Source: Candidatus Levyibacteriota bacterium (lineage in GTDB: Bacteria > Patescibacteriota > Microgenomatia > Levybacterales > GWA1-39-11). From it: a stretch of DNA of 64,000 nucleotides. The DNA is taken from the NCBI GenBank assembly GCA_036788695.1, contig DAIQMY010000004.1:8136-72135 (forward strand). Reading direction: 5' to 3'. The notes under the pieces are model-generated. The model saw only the letters and a program-made list of their open reading frames with translations, had not been told where the DNA came from and did no database searches. Positions 27,282-36,229 of this stretch are shown piece after piece (the stretch's first letter is position 1; the number at the start of each line of letters is the position of its first letter). A program made the position numbers and the translations under genes.

Positions 27282-28613
27282 ATGCCAGCACCAGAAAGAT
27301 ATAAAAAAGCAGTTCCCGAGGTAACTGCAATTTGGGAGTCAGGGGGAACCTTTAAAGCGCAGACTGATGTATGGGGAGCACAAATTGAAGCAAGAAGCGA
27401 ATTATTTGGAAAACCACCCGCGTCTCGTGTGCCTGTTATAAAAAAAGCTCTTGAGTTAACCCCTGAAGAGATAGAGATATTAAATGAACCCGTAGGACAT
27501 GAAACAAATAAATTACTACGTCTTGTGCAGTCCCGACCTGAATTAACCCCCGAAGACGCAAATGAGATTCATAATGGTGGTACTAGTAGCGATGTTCTAG
27601 ATACGAGTCTCTCTATTCAAATAAGAGAATCATTAGATGTTGTGGCTCATGATTCAGATAGTCTGGAAAAAACCCTAGGTGCAACGGCAATTAAGCATAG
27701 AAAGACGTTGCAAATAGCAAGAAGTCATGGTCAACATGCAGTACCTCACGTATTTGGAAGACAGGTTTTAGGTTGGTACGCTGAAGTAAAAAGAGGACGT
27801 GAAAGAATAAAAAGAGCACGAGAGGTGATATCTGTTGGTAAACTATCTGGGGAAGTAGGAACTCATGTATTTATTCCTCCCGAAGTAGAAGAATTGGCTC
27901 TTGAGAAGCTTGGATTGAGACCAGATGAATCTCCTACGCAGGTAATAAGCCGTGATAGGCATGCTGAAGTTGTGAGTCTAATGGCGGTTAACGCAGGAAC
28001 ATTAGCCCGTATCGCAATGAACATTCGGCTGCTTTCTATAAGTGATGTGGGAGAAGTTAGAGAGCCGTTTGATGAAAAGAATCAACAGGGTTCAAGCGCC
28101 ATGCCTCACAAACGAAACCCAGAAAAAGCAGAGAGAATAAGCGGATTGAATAGAAGAATAAGGAGTGCTGCAGCGGAAGAGTTGGATGCTATGATCTTAT
28201 TTTTGGAGCGAGACATAAGTCATTCTTCAACCGAAAGATTCACATTCAGCGATTCTTTTTCTGCACTTTCATATGCATACCGGTTGACCAATGAAATAAT
28301 GTCTGATCTAGTAGTTGATGAACAAAAGATGCTTGAAAATCTTAATAGCAGTTATGGTCAGATATATAGCCCAAGGCTTTTAAACGAGCTATTGAATTCG
28401 GGTAAAGGTGGAACTAGGACAGAATATTATGAATTAGTAAAAGGGTTGGCACACAAAGCAAAAGATACAAAGACTTCTTTATTGGAACTAGTGTTAGATA
28501 ATGACCTGATTGTTGAAGCTTTAGGTAAAGAAAAGATAAATGAGTTATTTGATCCGGAATTTTACCTCAGGAATATTGATGTTGCGTACAAAAGAGCAGG
28601 GCTTATCAAATAA
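27282..28613 (+). CDS. purB: adenylosuccinate lyase (fumarate-lyase superfamily)
   Basis: GSSAMPHKRNP signature. Confidence 0.7.
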   Translation: MPAPERYKKAVPEVTAIWESGGTFKAQTDVWGAQIEARSELFGKPPASRVPVIKKALELTPEEIEILNEPVGHETNKLLRLVQSRPELTPEDANEIHNGGTSSDVLDTSLSIQIRESLDVVAHDSDSLEKTLGATAIKHRKTLQIARSHGQHAVPHVFGRQVLGWYAEVKRGRERIKRAREVISVGKLSGEVGTHVFIPPEVEELALEKLGLRPDESPTQVISRDRHAEVVSLMAVNAGTLARIAMNIRLLSISDVGEVREPFDEKNQQGSSAMPHKRNPEKAERISGLNRRIRSAAAEELDAMILFLERDISHSSTERFTFSDSFSALSYAYRLTNEIMSDLVVDEQKMLENLNSSYGQIYSPRLLNELLNSGKGGTRTEYYELVKGLAHKAKDTKTSLLELVLDNDLIVEALGKEKINELFDPEFYLRNIDVAYKRAGLIK

Positions 28614-28735
28614 ATACTGGCTTTCATTAAGTGTAAGAAAGGGATTGTCTAGTGGTGCTTTCAAATGGTTGAATGCGTACTTCCCCGGAGCTAACTCCAA
28701 AAGCTCTTGGCTTCGTATTTTTATTTAGGCGTGAA

Positions 28736-29434
28736 TTAGATAATCACTTGGGTATCTAGCGCAACTCCTGATGACTCTTTATATACATTTGTTTTTAAAT
28801 TTTTCCCGTCATATATAATTTCAAACTTCACGTTTGTATTAGTGTTATTTTTAACATATAAATTTTGATTGGCGTTTGCCGTAACCTCACCAGGCATTGA
28901 ATAGATAGAGACACCATATTCGCGTGGGATTTCAGGAATAGGCATGAAATCATGATTTGTGGGTGCGGTAGCTTCTATACCAGCATCCAATGCAGCCCAG
29001 TAGAAGAGCGAAGCTAAATGACAAACCCCATCACCCATCAAATATCCATCATGTTTATATCCGTCTTGACCTGAAAAGTTTACGTTTACAGTCTTAACTA
29101 TTGAAGGCGCATACTTTGGTAATGAGTCTTTTTGGAAAGAATATGCTTCACCAGGCTTAAGGGTAAACGTGTAGGTGAATGGTTTTTTAACAGTTTCCCA
29201 GTCAGGAGTTGCGGAAATAGGCATACCTCGCATATAGGCTACAGTTAAAAGGATGTTCTCCTTCATAACTTCATTCATGAGTGATTTAGGAGCAGCTCGA
29301 TTTTCAAGACTCATGCTACGGCTAGCGACTGCTTCAGGCTGAAGTGGCTCGAGCGTAGGCATGCTTGTAAGTAGGGTGTTTCCCACAAAAAGAAAGGCAG
29401 TAAGTATGGTTAGTGCGTTTTTCATATATTTCAA
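28736..29434 (-). CDS. VanW-like secreted protein
   Basis: GDGVCHLASLFYWAALDAG resembles the VanW GGGVCQ motif; signal peptide present. Confidence 0.45.
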   Translation of the reverse strand: MKYMKNALTILTAFLFVGNTLLTSMPTLEPLQPEAVASRSMSLENRAAPKSLMNEVMKENILLTVAYMRGMPISATPDWETVKKPFTYTFTLKPGEAYSFQKDSLPKYAPSIVKTVNVNFSGQDGYKHDGYLMGDGVCHLASLFYWAALDAGIEATAPTNHDFMPIPEIPREYGVSIYSMPGEVTANANQNLYVKNNTNTNVKFEIIYDGKNLKTNVYKESSGVALDTQVII

Positions 29435-29611
29435 ACGTTGTAAGAATTGTTCTCACACCGGTTGGAATATACGATATTTTGAGGCTGAAAGTGCCTCAAA
29501 TGAGGCTAAATAGTAGACCTATAATATAGCATAAAATTGGGGAAAAGTCAAGCTGTAGTTATCTTAAAATTGCATCTTTACAATAGTAGTATTTTTTACC
29601 TATTATAAATT

Positions 29612-30355
29612 ATGTCCAAAAAAACAGTACATAAAAAAACGATTCATAGGTCTAAGAAAAAAATTTTAAGAACTAAAAAAGTGATAGTTTTGTTTTTGGG
29701 TGGAGCATTGGTGCTGTTATTTGGCGTGTTAAGCTTCACTTTTTTTACTCAGGAAAAGTTTTGTGCTAATTCCATTTCTTGTATAAAAGACTTATCTGGA
29801 AAATACGAAACCCAAGCTAAGACTGGAGTCTTTTCTGGGAAGAAAATTGCGGTTCCAGTACAGGTTGCACTCGCGTATACAAACCCCTCAAAAAATGTAT
29901 TAGGGGAGACAAGTGGAAAGAAAAAAATTAAAGTAGACCTTTCAAGCCAACGATTATATGCGTATGAAGGAGACCAGATGATAATGGATTTTCCTGTTTC
30001 AACAGGGAAATGGAATAAAACGCCAACAGGCATATTTAATATTTGGGTGAAGTTATTATACACGCGAATGGCAGGAGGCAGTGGGGCAGACTATTATAAT
30101 TTGCCAAATGTGCCCTACACTATGTTTTATTCAAACGCAGAGGTTCCGCGAGGAGCAGGATATAGCATTCATGGGGCCTACTGGCACAATAATTTTGGAC
30201 ATCCAATGAGCCACGGTTGTGTAAATATGAGAATTGCAGATGCTGGACAACTTTTTGCTTGGGCAGACCCACAAACAACAGGATGGAATTCAAAGACTAC
30301 AGAGGCAAATCAAGGTACAGAAGTTGAAGTATATGGAGAAACTCCTACCGAGTGA
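29612..30355 (+). CDS. L,D-transpeptidase (YkuD family), membrane-anchored
   Basis: Catalytic SIHGAYWHNNFGHPMSHGCVNM; N-terminal TM. Confidence 0.75.
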   Translation: MSKKTVHKKTIHRSKKKILRTKKVIVLFLGGALVLLFGVLSFTFFTQEKFCANSISCIKDLSGKYETQAKTGVFSGKKIAVPVQVALAYTNPSKNVLGETSGKKKIKVDLSSQRLYAYEGDQMIMDFPVSTGKWNKTPTGIFNIWVKLLYTRMAGGSGADYYNLPNVPYTMFYSNAEVPRGAGYSIHGAYWHNNFGHPMSHGCVNMRIADAGQLFAWADPQTTGWNSKTTEANQGTEVEVYGETPTE

Positions 30356-30886
30356 TTAACGTGCCGCAGCAAGATAAGGAACAGTATCTCCCAGAGTGCT
30401 TGATAGTTTTTCACGTAATTCGCTTAAGGGTTTATTCTCGGTTTTTATTATGAGTGTAGTAATTTCATTCCCGCGCTGTCCCACGGTTTTACTACTGTCT
30501 ACTTCAGAAAAATCTTCTGAGCTATTAACACTCCCATGGATACGAAGTACAAATGCAGACTGTTTTTCCTGTATAGCAAATCCTACTCGGAGAAGTGTAT
30601 TTGGATGAAAGAGTGAGAAGGGAGCATCAGGATTTTGAGCCGCCAGCTTGTAGTTCTTATCCCCGGAGTACTTGTCAAAGTCTATATAGAATACCTTTTC
30701 CTGCATTCCTCTTTTTTTTGAATCTTGTTTTTCAATAACGTTAACTTCCTTTTTAATTCCCTCAGGTAGTTCATCAAAAAAATCATATACCGTGTCTTTT
30801 AATAAGTGTACAAGGGGGGCGTGTTTCGGAGGAGGGTTTTCAAATGGATTTGGTCTCAAATGTAAATTGTCGTAGTCCTCAGGCAT
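30356..30886 (-). CDS. hypothetical protein
   Basis: Intact 176-aa ORF. Confidence 0.3.
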   Translation of the reverse strand: MPEDYDNLHLRPNPFENPPPKHAPLVHLLKDTVYDFFDELPEGIKKEVNVIEKQDSKKRGMQEKVFYIDFDKYSGDKNYKLAAQNPDAPFSLFHPNTLLRVGFAIQEKQSAFVLRIHGSVNSSEDFSEVDSSKTVGQRGNEITTLIIKTENKPLSELREKLSSTLGDTVPYLAAAR

Positions 30887-30941
30887 ATGAGTATTATACC
30901 AGTGGATTGAGTATAAAAAAACATGTTACAATGTTTTCTTC

Positions 30942-32219
30942 ATGAAAAGAGCTCTTATCATTTTTCCGGCTTTTAAAAGTAAAAATTACCGATACTATTT
31001 TATAGGGCAATTGATATCTCTTGCTGGGACATGGCTTCAAGTTGTGGCAGAGGGGTGGCTTGTTCTAACGCTTACAAATTCAGCTTTTCTCATAGGAATT
31101 GTGGCTGCTTGCGCAACGCTTCCGACCCTCTTCTTTTCTTTATTTGGAGGAGTAATAATTGATAGATTCTCAACTAAGAAAATTTTGTTGATAACACAAA
31201 CCGCAGCAATGGTTCTAGCAGGCCTATATGGGATATTAACTGTTCTTCACGTAATTGATATTTGGTCAATTATGCTTTTAGCCTTTTTACTGGGAGTAGT
31301 ATCAGCTATTGATTTCCCTGCAAGACAGGCATTTACGATAGAACTCGTTGAGCGCGACCACTTATCATCAGCAATCGCTTTAAATGCAGGAATCTTTAAT
31401 GCAGCAAGAATAATAGGGCCAGGTGTTGCGGGTGTTCTCATAGCTCTTTTTGGACCAGGCGGAGCATTTCTGGTAAATTCAGTTACGTACATTGCCGCAA
31501 TTATAAGCACTTATTTGATAAAAACAGCAGCTCAGAAAAAGAGTGTACATCCTCATCCAATTCGAGCAATCAATGAAGGACTTTCTTACACATTTTCTCA
31601 TCCAACAATACGAACACTTATTATCTTGGCTGCAATAATTTCTATATTCGGGTGGTCATATACAACAATTATGCCGTACATTGCAAAAAATACTCTGCAC
31701 GCAAACGCCGCAACGCTTGGGTACTTATATGCGGTAGCAGGAATAGGCGCGCTTATTGCTACTTTCTTAATTTCAGCATTAAGCAAAAAAATAAGTGGAA
31801 CAGCATTTATTGTAGGAGGAACGCTTTTGTATGCTGTATCAATTTTTGGTTTTACCTTTGCTAAAAGCTTTTTATTTGCCCTACCGTTTCTTTTTTTCTC
31901 AGGGATAGGATTACTATCCGCATTCGCGAATATAAATGCTTTAGTTCAGCACTCAGTTGAGGATAAATTCAGGGGTCGTGTACTGAGTATTTATATTCTT
32001 TCATTTATAGGTTTGTTACCGTTTGGAAATTTTCAAATAGGATTTGTATCTGAGTATTTGGGTCCGGAAAATGCAATAAGGATAGGAGCAGTAATTGTTT
32101 TTTTTGCAGCGGCTTGGTTTTATTTTTCTTCTAAAAAAAGAAATTTTCATCAGGATGAGTATAATAAGTCCCGGCTTCAGGAGATTCCAGAGCCAATACT
32201 GGCTCAGGGAGAGGCGTAA
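30942..32219 (+). CDS. MFS transporter
   Basis: 12-TM profile; loop 2-3 motif GGVIIDRFSTKK. Confidence 0.6.
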   Translation: MKRALIIFPAFKSKNYRYYFIGQLISLAGTWLQVVAEGWLVLTLTNSAFLIGIVAACATLPTLFFSLFGGVIIDRFSTKKILLITQTAAMVLAGLYGILTVLHVIDIWSIMLLAFLLGVVSAIDFPARQAFTIELVERDHLSSAIALNAGIFNAARIIGPGVAGVLIALFGPGGAFLVNSVTYIAAIISTYLIKTAAQKKSVHPHPIRAINEGLSYTFSHPTIRTLIILAAIISIFGWSYTTIMPYIAKNTLHANAATLGYLYAVAGIGALIATFLISALSKKISGTAFIVGGTLLYAVSIFGFTFAKSFLFALPFLFFSGIGLLSAFANINALVQHSVEDKFRGRVLSIYILSFIGLLPFGNFQIGFVSEYLGPENAIRIGAVIVFFAAAWFYFSSKKRNFHQDEYNKSRLQEIPEPILAQGEA

Positions 32220-32292
32220 ATCCACTTGACTTTTTTTAAAAAATTCAGCTACACTAGAATTGTAAGAAATTATAGTTAGGAGGTGAAGATAT

Positions 32293-32514
32293 ATAAATCA
32301 CAAAGCATTAAGAATAACTACATACGTTTTGGTAATTATTGGAGCATTAAACTGGGGAATTATTGGAGTCTTAGGAGTAAATTTTATTAACGTTTTACTT
32401 GCAGGATCACCTGTTGTTGAAAAAATTATCTATATTTTAGTTGGAGCTTCTGCAGTTTATGACATTATGATAGCGCGGGGGATGGGAAGATCTTATTCAA
32501 AAAAGAAAAAGTAG
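32293..32514 (+). CDS. DUF378 small membrane protein (paralog A), apparent non-AUG (ATA) start
   Basis: GALNWGIIGVLG...ILVGASAVYD. The in-frame extension KALRITTYVLVIIGALNWG aligns with the N-terminus of paralog B. AGGAGGTG SD lies 8 nt upstream of ATA 32293. The track's TTG 32329 start would truncate the conserved N-terminus. Confidence 0.5.
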   Translation: MNHKALRITTYVLVIIGALNWGIIGVLGVNFINVLLAGSPVVEKIIYILVGASAVYDIMIARGMGRSYSKKKK

Positions 32515-32530
32515 TAAGCATTCATAAAAT

Positions 32531-33493
32531 TTATTTTATTTTTAACATAGTATCAATTTCTGATATTGTATCTTCTGAGTTATGGAACTCCATAAGTCTT
32601 AGTCTCATTTCATGGGCACCTTCAAATCCGGCTAGATATGCTTTGTAGAATTTTTTCATAATTTCAAAATTCTTCGTTTTCTCCCATGTAGCCTCAAAGA
32701 GAGTTATATGGTTTTTTAAAAGATTTAATCTATCCGAAATAGAAATATCCTCAATTGCCTTTCCGGAAAAGACCCATGGATTGTGTAGCATTCCGCGTCC
32801 AATCATTACCCCATCCACCCCATACGTTTTTACTATCTGACCTCCCATAGCCTTATCTACAATATCTCCGTTTGCGACAATTGTTGTTTTTTTGTTTATT
32901 TTATTTCTTAATTCAACTGCTTTTCCAAGTTCCTCAAAATGAGATGGAACTTTAGACATTTCAGAAGCGGTTCTTGCATGAACTGTTATTGCTGCGGGTT
33001 TAAGCGTAAGCAAGAAGCCAATCCAGTCTTCTGTCACTATTTTGTTATATCCGATTCTTGTTTTTATGGATATAGGTAGAGCATCTTCAACACCTTCTTT
33101 TGCAGCAAGATATAATTCCTGGGCAAGTTTAGGGTTATTAATAAGACCAGCACAGCATCCATTCTTTACTATTTTCCGATCTGGGCACCCCATATTTATA
33201 TCAATTCCGTCATAATTTAGGTCTTTTAGTATTTTTGCGGCTTTAAAGTAGTGATCAGGATTGTTTCCCCATATTTGAGCTACCAAAGGACGTTCAATAT
33301 TTGTATACTTAAGGCGTTGTTGAATATACCTTTCCCCACCTTTTATTATCCCATCAGCATTGGTAAATTCTGTAAAATAGAGATCAGGTCCCCCTACAGA
33401 TGATAGTACTTGTCTAAAGACAGTATCAGTCACATCTTCCATAGGTGCTTGAACAAAAAACGGAGACGTAAGTTTTTCCCAAACAGTTTTCAT
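32531..33493 (-). CDS. dus: tRNA-dihydrouridine synthase
   Basis: FVQAPMEDVTDTVFR, DINMGCP, TIM-barrel Dus family. Confidence 0.8.
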   Translation of the reverse strand: MKTVWEKLTSPFFVQAPMEDVTDTVFRQVLSSVGGPDLYFTEFTNADGIIKGGERYIQQRLKYTNIERPLVAQIWGNNPDHYFKAAKILKDLNYDGIDINMGCPDRKIVKNGCCAGLINNPKLAQELYLAAKEGVEDALPISIKTRIGYNKIVTEDWIGFLLTLKPAAITVHARTASEMSKVPSHFEELGKAVELRNKINKKTTIVANGDIVDKAMGGQIVKTYGVDGVMIGRGMLHNPWVFSGKAIEDISISDRLNLLKNHITLFEATWEKTKNFEIMKKFYKAYLAGFEGAHEMRLRLMEFHNSEDTISEIDTMLKIK

Positions 33494-33568
33494 ATTCTGG
33501 AATTATACCATTTGTGTGTTTAAAAAATAAAAATCAGGGGAATTACAGCTTACATATTTAGTTTTTGT

Positions 33569-33597
33569 TTGACATTTAAAAGTGTACGTATTATAGT
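33569..33597 (+). promoter_or_regulatory. sigma70-like promoter TTGACA-N17-TATAGT, 6 nt upstream of the GTG start (near-leaderless)
   Basis: Consensus-like -35 and -10 with 17-nt spacer; no room for an SD before the 33604 start. Confidence 0.45.
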
Positions 33598-33603
33598 TAC
33601 CTA

Positions 33604-33978
33604 GTGGAAGACAAAACGGCAAAAAATGTATTAGTAGTAGATGATGATACGGAATTTGCAAAGAATTTATCTTCGAAAATAGAAACACAAGGATTGCGTG
33701 CTCACACGGCAATCACACCAAAAGAAGCGCTTGATTTCATTGCTCAAAATGAAGTTGATTTTATAATACTTGATTTTGTTATGCCTGAAATGGATGGATA
33801 CTCAGTGCATCATATTATAAATCGGGATATGAGAAAAAATATTCCAACAATAATCTTAACTAACTTTCCGAATGCAAAAAATATGCCACAAGATCTTGAA
33901 ATATTTGTAAAGTCTGAAACAAATCTTGATACGTTAGTTGAAAAAATTAAAACTAGGTTAAGCTTAAACCAAATATGA
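33604..33978 (+). CDS. stand-alone response-regulator receiver domain (CheY-like) 1
   Basis: VLVVDDDTEF...FIILDFVMPEMDGY...IPTIILTN has the phospho-acceptor Asp context. Confidence 0.7.
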   Translation: MEDKTAKNVLVVDDDTEFAKNLSSKIETQGLRAHTAITPKEALDFIAQNEVDFIILDFVMPEMDGYSVHHIINRDMRKNIPTIILTNFPNAKNMPQDLEIFVKSETNLDTLVEKIKTRLSLNQI

Positions 33979-34352
33979 ATGATGATACAAAGAAAAAAAT
34001 TCTGATAGTAGATGATGACGTAGAGTTTACAAATCGCTTTTCTGAGCGCGTAGAAGCAGCGGGTTTGCATGCTATAGTCGCTGTTACTGGAAAAGAAGCA
34101 CTCGACTATCTAACGGAGCATGAAGTTTCGTTTATTGTCCTTGATTTTGTTATGCCTGAAATGGATGGATATACCTTTTATCACATATTGAAGCATGATA
34201 TGAGAAAAAATATCCCTACTGTAATACTTACAAATATGGCAGGAACACAAGATGCTGATGATCTTGAGGTGTTTATAAAATCAGAAACAAATATTGATGA
34301 ACTGATAGGTAAAATTAAAAGTCGCGTAGATGAGCTGTCTAATGCTAAATAA
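33975..34352 (+). CDS. stand-alone response-regulator receiver domain (CheY-like) 2, tandem paralog
   Basis: ILIVDDDVEF...FIVLDFVMPEMDGY...IPTVILTN; overlaps the previous gene by 4 nt. Confidence 0.7.
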   Translation: MNDDTKKKILIVDDDVEFTNRFSERVEAAGLHAIVAVTGKEALDYLTEHEVSFIVLDFVMPEMDGYTFYHILKHDMRKNIPTVILTNMAGTQDADDLEVFIKSETNIDELIGKIKSRVDELSNAK

Positions 34353-35052
34353 TTTTTATACTTCTTTACAAGACAAGAAAAACCCTGAAAGAGCACGAAT
34401 ATCCTCCCGATTCTTCAAAACTGAAAAAGGAGAATACGGTGAAGGGGATATATTTATAGGGCTTACAGTCCCAGTTTCAAGAAAATTAGCCATAGAATAT
34501 TCACAATTGCCACTCGATGATATTGCTATACTGCTGAAATCAAAAATCCATGAAGAAAGATTAATCGCATTATTCATATTAGTCAATAATTTCCAGAAGG
34601 GTGATGAAAGTGTAAGGCATGAGATCTATGTATATTATTTAAACCATAGAAAATTTGTCAATAATTGGGACTTGGTGGATTTATCAGCGCCTAAAATTGT
34701 AGGTGAATATTTGAGAACTCAAAAAGATAGATCTGTGCTTTTAAAATTAGCAAAATCTGAAAGTGTATGGGATAAACGTATTGCTATGCTTGCAACGTTT
34801 CAGTTTATAGCAAAGGATAGAGATTGTATTGATGCATTTAAGGTTGCTACAATTTTAATATCAGATAAGCATGATCTTATTCAAAAGGCAGTTGGGTGGA
34901 TGCTGCGGGAAGTCGGAAAACGAGTATCTGAAAAAAAAGAAAAAGAATATCTCAAGAAGTACTATAAAAGCATGGGTAGAACTGCCTTGCGATACGCAAT
35001 TGAAAGATTTCAGGAGGATGTGAGGAAAAAATATTTATATGGGAAAATATAA
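34330..35052 (+). CDS. DNA alkylation repair protein (AlkD/AlkC-like HEAT-repeat glycosylase)
   Basis: RFFKTEKGEYGEGDIFIGLTVP, WDLVDLSAPKIVG, WDKRIAMLATFQF. Confidence 0.6.
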   Translation: MSCLMLNNFYTSLQDKKNPERARISSRFFKTEKGEYGEGDIFIGLTVPVSRKLAIEYSQLPLDDIAILLKSKIHEERLIALFILVNNFQKGDESVRHEIYVYYLNHRKFVNNWDLVDLSAPKIVGEYLRTQKDRSVLLKLAKSESVWDKRIAMLATFQFIAKDRDCIDAFKVATILISDKHDLIQKAVGWMLREVGKRVSEKKEKEYLKKYYKSMGRTALRYAIERFQEDVRKKYLYGKI

Positions 35053-35524
35053 AAAAGCACTTATTGTAGGAAGGTTTCAGCCATTTCATTTGGGGCATAA
35101 ATATTTAGTTGAGAGAGCGCTTGAGTTCGCGGATACTGTGATAATAGGCATAGGAAGTTCAAATATTAAGGATGATAAAAATCCATATAGTCTCGAGGTA
35201 AGAAAAAAATTTATTCAAGAATTTTTAATTCAAGAAAAATTAAGCTCAAAGGTGTTTGGAATTATTTCAATTGAGGATGTTCCAAATGATGATGAATGGT
35301 TTGGAATTATTGAAAAAAAAATAAAAGGCATAGACGTTGTAGTAGGAGATAATGAGTGGGTAAACGGAATTTTTGAAAAAAGAAATTTTCCCGTAGTCAA
35401 AATTGGATATCTAAAAAGAAATATTCTAACTGGTACAGGAATAAGAAAAAATATAAAAGAAAAAAAATCATGGGAGGAGAGGGTGCCTTCGTATTTAGTC
35501 TCACATATTAGAAAAGCGACATAG
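35039..35524 (+). CDS. nadM: nicotinamide-nucleotide adenylyltransferase, archaeal NadM type
   Basis: ALIVGRFQPFHLGHKYLVERALE (GRFQPFHxGH). Overlaps the upstream gene by 14 nt. Confidence 0.7.
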   Translation: MGKYKKALIVGRFQPFHLGHKYLVERALEFADTVIIGIGSSNIKDDKNPYSLEVRKKFIQEFLIQEKLSSKVFGIISIEDVPNDDEWFGIIEKKIKGIDVVVGDNEWVNGIFEKRNFPVVKIGYLKRNILTGTGIRKNIKEKKSWEERVPSYLVSHIRKAT

Positions 35525-35567
35525 CGGTATCTAGCAAAAGGAGAGAAATAATTGGTATAGTTTACAT

Positions 35568-36224
35568 GTGGCAATACTATTCTTTCTTGAGTTATTATTT
35601 CTTTTTTTTATCTCTCAAAAAACTACCCAAAGCATTTCGCATTTTCTTTACAAAATTACAAGAAGTCAAAAGATAACAATATTTTTTCTTGCGTTTTTAT
35701 TTCTTCCTGGAACAATAATACACGAATTTTCACATGCTATTGCTGCCTCTATTACCGGTGTTAGGATTGGGAAAATGGAATTAATGCCAGAGTATGTTCA
35801 GGGTGGGCTAAGACTTGGAAGTATTCAGGTGGGTAGGGCAGATATTATACGCAATTTTTTTATTGGTATTGCGCCTTTTATAAGCGGTACAATACTTCTC
35901 TTGACTATTATGTACCTAGTACTATCATTTTCATTTTTTGCATCATTTGGAATAATAGTTCTGAGCTTATATTTGGTTTTTGTTATTGCAAATACTATGT
36001 TTTCATCAAAGAAAGATATGGAGGGGGCGATTGAGTTTTTTATACTTATCGCGGTTTTTTTATTGGCGTTTTATTTGCTTGGCTTACGATTGGATACTAT
36101 TAACTGGAATTTTTTATCAATTTTTAACCACATATTTAAAATTGGCTCTTATTATTTATTAGTACCCTTAGGAATTGATCTTTTTATAATTACGCTTACC
36201 ACACTATTATTTAGAAGCCGTTAA
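35568..36224 (+). CDS. polytopic membrane protein with HExxH motif (putative metalloprotease-like)
   Basis: IIHEFSHAIAASITG next to a TM helix. Confidence 0.3.
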   Translation: MAILFFLELLFLFFISQKTTQSISHFLYKITRSQKITIFFLAFLFLPGTIIHEFSHAIAASITGVRIGKMELMPEYVQGGLRLGSIQVGRADIIRNFFIGIAPFISGTILLLTIMYLVLSFSFFASFGIIVLSLYLVFVIANTMFSSKKDMEGAIEFFILIAVFLLAFYLLGLRLDTINWNFLSIFNHIFKIGSYYLLVPLGIDLFIITLTTLLFRSR

Positions 36225-36229
36225 CCTAT

